Of a stretch of DNA of 32,000 nucleotides, positions 28,674-32,000 are shown in pieces. The notes beneath the pieces were generated by a model that was given only the letters and a program-made list of their open reading frames with translations, was not told the DNA's origin and did not search any database. This DNA comes from Raphidiopsis brookii D9 (GTDB lineage: Bacteria; Cyanobacteriota; Cyanobacteriia; Cyanobacteriales; Nostocaceae): the NCBI GenBank assembly GCA_000175855.1, contig ACYB01000042.1:90001-122000 (forward strand), read 5' to 3'. The translations under genes were made by a program, and so were the position numbers. The stretch's first letter is position 1; each line of letters begins with the position of its first letter.

Positions 28674-29942
28674 ATGCTATCAGTTAGAGATGCGGAATCT
28701 ACTATTTTAAATGCCGTAAAACCACTAGATAACCAAAGAGATATAGAATACATAGACTTATTGACCGCAAATGGACGAATTTTAGCCGTTCCCGTGGTTA
28801 GTTCTCGGGGTTTTCCCCATTGGGACCATGCAGTAATGGATGGTTATGCAGTGCGTTATCAGGATGTACAGCATGCTAGGGCAGATAAACCAATTATTCT
28901 GCAAGTTGTAGCGGAAATTAGAACTGGTGAGGAACCTTCTGTAAAGCTTGAATCGGGACAAGCAATGAGAATTTTTACCGGTGCTATGATGCCAAAGGGT
29001 TCTGATACCGTAATCATGCAGGAAAAAACCCACCGTCAGGAAAACCGGGTTTTAGTGTTCATTGCACCCCAACCCCGTGAGTTTGTCATTCATCAAGGGG
29101 AATTTTACCAAGCGGGAAATAATCTTTTACCTTCAGGAATTGTCTTGGGTGCTACGGAAATTGCCCTTTTGGCTGCTGCTGGTAGGGAAAAAGTCAGTGT
29201 TTTTCGCAAAATACGAGTAGCTATTTTTTCCACAGGCAATGAGTTGGTAACATTGGAGGAGTTGCCAAAACCTGGACAGATATTTGATTCTAACCAGTAT
29301 GCTCTGGCTACATTAATGCGTCAGTTGGGAGCTGAAGTGTTATTATTAGGGATCGTACCAGATGATCCGATCGCTCTGGAACAAACCATAGATTACGCAA
29401 TTACCAGTGCAGATATGGTAATTTCCACTGGGGGGGTATCCGTAGGTGACTATGATTATATACACAGAACTTTAGTTTCTTTGGGGGCAACAGTTCATTT
29501 TAATTCTGTTAAAATGCGTCCTGGAAAACCACTAACCTTTGCTACTTTCCCAGATAAAGGACTAAACTATTCAGGAACCGATAAGTTACAGACATTATAT
29601 TTTGGTTTACCGGGGAATCCTGGATCCGCTTTAGTGACTTTTTGGCGGTTTGTACAGCCAGCGGTCAGAAAAATGTCAGGAATGGCTAGGGGGTGGGAGG
29701 GGAAATTACTCAAAGTAAAATCCTCTTCGGAATTACAATCCAATGGCAAAATGGAAACCTATATTCAGGGTGAACTGAAGCTAGTCCATGGTGTACAGGA
29801 GTTCAGCCAAGCTGAGGGTAAACACAGCTCGGCCAACCTGGTCAACTTAGCTCAAGCTAACGCTTTGGCAGTCTTACCCGTGGGTAAAACCATTGTCCAT
29901 CCAGGGGAGGAGGTTTGGACTTTGGTGCTAAAGGAGTTTTAA
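28674..29942 (+). CDS. moeA: Molybdopterin molybdenumtransferase MoeA
   Basis: HWDHAVMDGYAVRYQD, TGAMMPKGSDTVIMQE, FSTGNELV, STGGVSVGDYDYI, GLPGNPGSALVTFWRFVQP. Confidence 0.95.
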   Translation: MLSVRDAESTILNAVKPLDNQRDIEYIDLLTANGRILAVPVVSSRGFPHWDHAVMDGYAVRYQDVQHARADKPIILQVVAEIRTGEEPSVKLESGQAMRIFTGAMMPKGSDTVIMQEKTHRQENRVLVFIAPQPREFVIHQGEFYQAGNNLLPSGIVLGATEIALLAAAGREKVSVFRKIRVAIFSTGNELVTLEELPKPGQIFDSNQYALATLMRQLGAEVLLLGIVPDDPIALEQTIDYAITSADMVISTGGVSVGDYDYIHRTLVSLGATVHFNSVKMRPGKPLTFATFPDKGLNYSGTDKLQTLYFGLPGNPGSALVTFWRFVQPAVRKMSGMARGWEGKLLKVKSSSELQSNGKMETYIQGELKLVHGVQEFSQAEGKHSSANLVNLAQANALAVLPVGKTIVHPGEEVWTLVLKEF

Positions 29943-29966
29943 AATTGGGGGGATGGCAACCAACAG

Positions 29967-31546
29967 CTAAACCCCTACTTTTTCCTTTTGTGGGACGACA
30001 TAAGGCTTTTCTGTTCCCTGAGCTAAATAAGCAGCTAATTGACCTTCTATTTGATCTCGAACAATTTGACGGTATTCCAAGAAATGTTCGTTGTGGGCGC
30101 AAGTTGCCAAATAATGTTCTGCCACCTGGGGATTATGTTTGATAATACTAAATAGATGATGCCAAAATTTCCAGCGGGTTTCTCTTTTAATTCCCTGTCT
30201 CCAAATAACTATTAACAGGGCTTTTACGATTACCCAATCAGGCATTTTGAAGGGAGCTTTCCACTTGGGTGAACCCATGATTAGAAAACATCTATAGGTA
30301 CGATCTAAATACTTAATGGGATCATATAAGGCGCAGAAAGCTTCAACATATTCCTTGGCTATGTCCTCTAAAGGACGGGTGGGGATAAAGTTCATTAAAG
30401 TTGTCTGATTAATATTCCCATCCTGATTTTCCCTTAGTCTTCCTTCCTTTTGTAACCGATGCCATAATGCAGTATTTGGCAGTGCTTGTAACATGGCAAA
30501 GGTGGTGGAAGGAATGGCAGCTTGCTCTGCAAATCTGACAATGCGATCGCCTGCGCCTTTTTGCTCCCCATCAAAACCAATAATAAATCCTGCCATGGGT
30601 CGCAGTCCGGTCTTAATAATAGTCTCTACTGATTCTGCTAGGGAACTGCGGGTATTTTGAAATTTTTTGGTTAGTTGTAAACTATCTTCATCGGGGGTTT
30701 CAATGCCCAAAAATACTGCGGCAAAACCAGACTCAACCATCAATTCCATTAATTCAGGATCTTGAGCTAGATCTACAGATGCTTCCGTGTCAAACCGGAA
30801 AGGATACTCATGTTCTACCATCCAAACCTTTAACTCTTTAAGCAATAATTTAACATTACGTTTATTGCCAATAAAGTTATCATCAACCATGAATATACCA
30901 CGCCGCCAACCTAACCGATAAAGACAATCCAACTCAGCTAAAAGTTGTTCTGGAGTTTTAGTTCTCGGTTTTCTGCCATAGAGGACAATAATGTCACAAA
31001 ACTCGCATTGAAAAGGACAACCTCGGGAAAACTGCACTGACATCATGTCATAGGCACTAAAGTCTAGCAAATCAAATCGAGGAATTGGTGTGCCTGTGAC
31101 ATCTGGTTTTTCCGTGGCCCGGAAAATGCCGGATTTCTCACCACTTTGTATGGCGGTGACAAACATGGGTAGGGTAATTTCCCCTCATCTAAAATCAGAA
31201 AATCCGCTCCCGCTTCTTGTACTTCATGGGGTGTGGATGTGGGGTAGGGCCCACCTAATGCTACTAATTTACCACGACGTTTTGCTTCACGTACTTGATC
31301 TAACAGGTCTTGTTTTTGGACAATCATAGCTGAGAAAATAACCACATCAGCCCATGCCCATTCCTCTTCTGTAGCAGGACGAATGTTACGGTCTACTAGT
31401 TTAAACTCCCACTCCTGGGGTAAAATAGCAGCCACTGTAATTAAGCCCAAAGGTGGCAGTAGAACTTTTCTATCTACCAGGTCGAGGATTTTTTCATAGG
31501 ACCAGAAGGTTTTGGGAAATATGGGATAAACCAGTAGGACACGCAT
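29967..31546 (-). pseudogene. B12-binding-domain radical SAM protein with -1 frameshift
   Basis: N-terminal B12-binding-like part MRVLLVYPIFPKTFWSYEKI...GADFLILDEG in ORF 31064..31561; radical SAM part with CPFQCEFCDI in ORF 29967..31166. Adding one G at the G4 run (plus-strand C4 at 31181-31184) gives LDEGEITLPMFVTAIQSGEKSG. Confidence 0.88.
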
Positions 31547-31863
31547 AACATCACCCCTCACGAAACTTATCTTCAGTTACTTAATCTAAATTTGACCACT
31601 AACTTTCAGGGTCAGTGTTTTATCCTTTCTGCTATTCTATATTATATGGCATAATATGGTACTATATTACATGACTAGAACTGAACCTAAACCTCAGTTC
31701 TTATTAATAGTGATAACTAAATTCTAGTTGACCATTCCAAACAGCTAGGTCAAGTCTATTCAAAAAACTTGACGAGGTGTTTACCAATTTTGTTCCCCTC
31801 TATCAAGAGTGCTATCCTCTTTGAACGGAGAAAGTATCAATAAGATCTAAGCCAAAAACAGCT

Positions 31864-32000
31864 ATGAGCGATCAAAGTCCCTACGAAAATCTTGGGGTGT
31901 CAAAAGATGCTAGTTTCGATGAGATTCAAAATGCTCGAAATCGCCTGTTAGAACAGTATGGTAGTGATAATAGGATTCGGGAAATTGTTGAAGCAGCTTA
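31864..32000 (+). CDS. CPP1-like family protein (J-like domain), N-terminal part (runs off window)
   Basis: MSDQSPYENLGVSKDASFDEIQNARNRLLEQYGSDNRIREIVEAA... from ATG at 31864; open to window end. Confidence 0.75.
   Translation, partial: MSDQSPYENLGVSKDASFDEIQNARNRLLEQYGSDNRIREIVEAA

Noticed and set aside
31090-31329. Plus-strand ORF 31090..31329
   Set aside because: Antisense of the radical SAM frameshift region, no domain.

Overview
AT-rich cyanobacterial chromosomal window, probably filamentous Nostocales (psbD, PetP, split-intein dnaE, frequent HIP1 GCGATCGC sites). It encodes mostly housekeeping genes:
- ArsA-like ATPase (partial), petP, cysteine desulfurase, a lipoprotein phospholipase-D-like protein with an embedded EF-hand loop, a stand-alone psbD copy and an ECF/CbiO-type ATPase
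- YacP-like NYN protein, tRNA-Asn, rsgA, a TusA-like protein, dnaJ and grpE (no dnaK between them), pilB-pilT-pilC and a bioU-like gene
- PAS+Crp/Fnr regulator next to a TonB-dependent receptor, truB, a methyltransferase, a DUF3352-type protein, a HEAT-repeat M1 aminopeptidase, an amino-acid ABC ATPase, dnaE C-half with a split intein, moeA, a B12-binding radical SAM gene and a CPP1-like gene (partial)
The most notable signals are:
- at least six genes broken by small indels (NYN, dnaJ, grpE, pilB, bioU-like, radical SAM), mostly at homopolymers, which is either widespread sequencing error or recent decay
- missing dnaK between grpE and dnaJ
- 10-bp-phased T-tracts and an inverted repeat upstream of psbD
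- paired CTTGWCAAG palindromes upstream of the PAS-Crp regulator
- an EF-hand loop inside a PLD-family lipoprotein
- the DnaE trans-splicing intein half
I found no CRISPR array, intact transposon, or clear novel defence or biosynthetic system.
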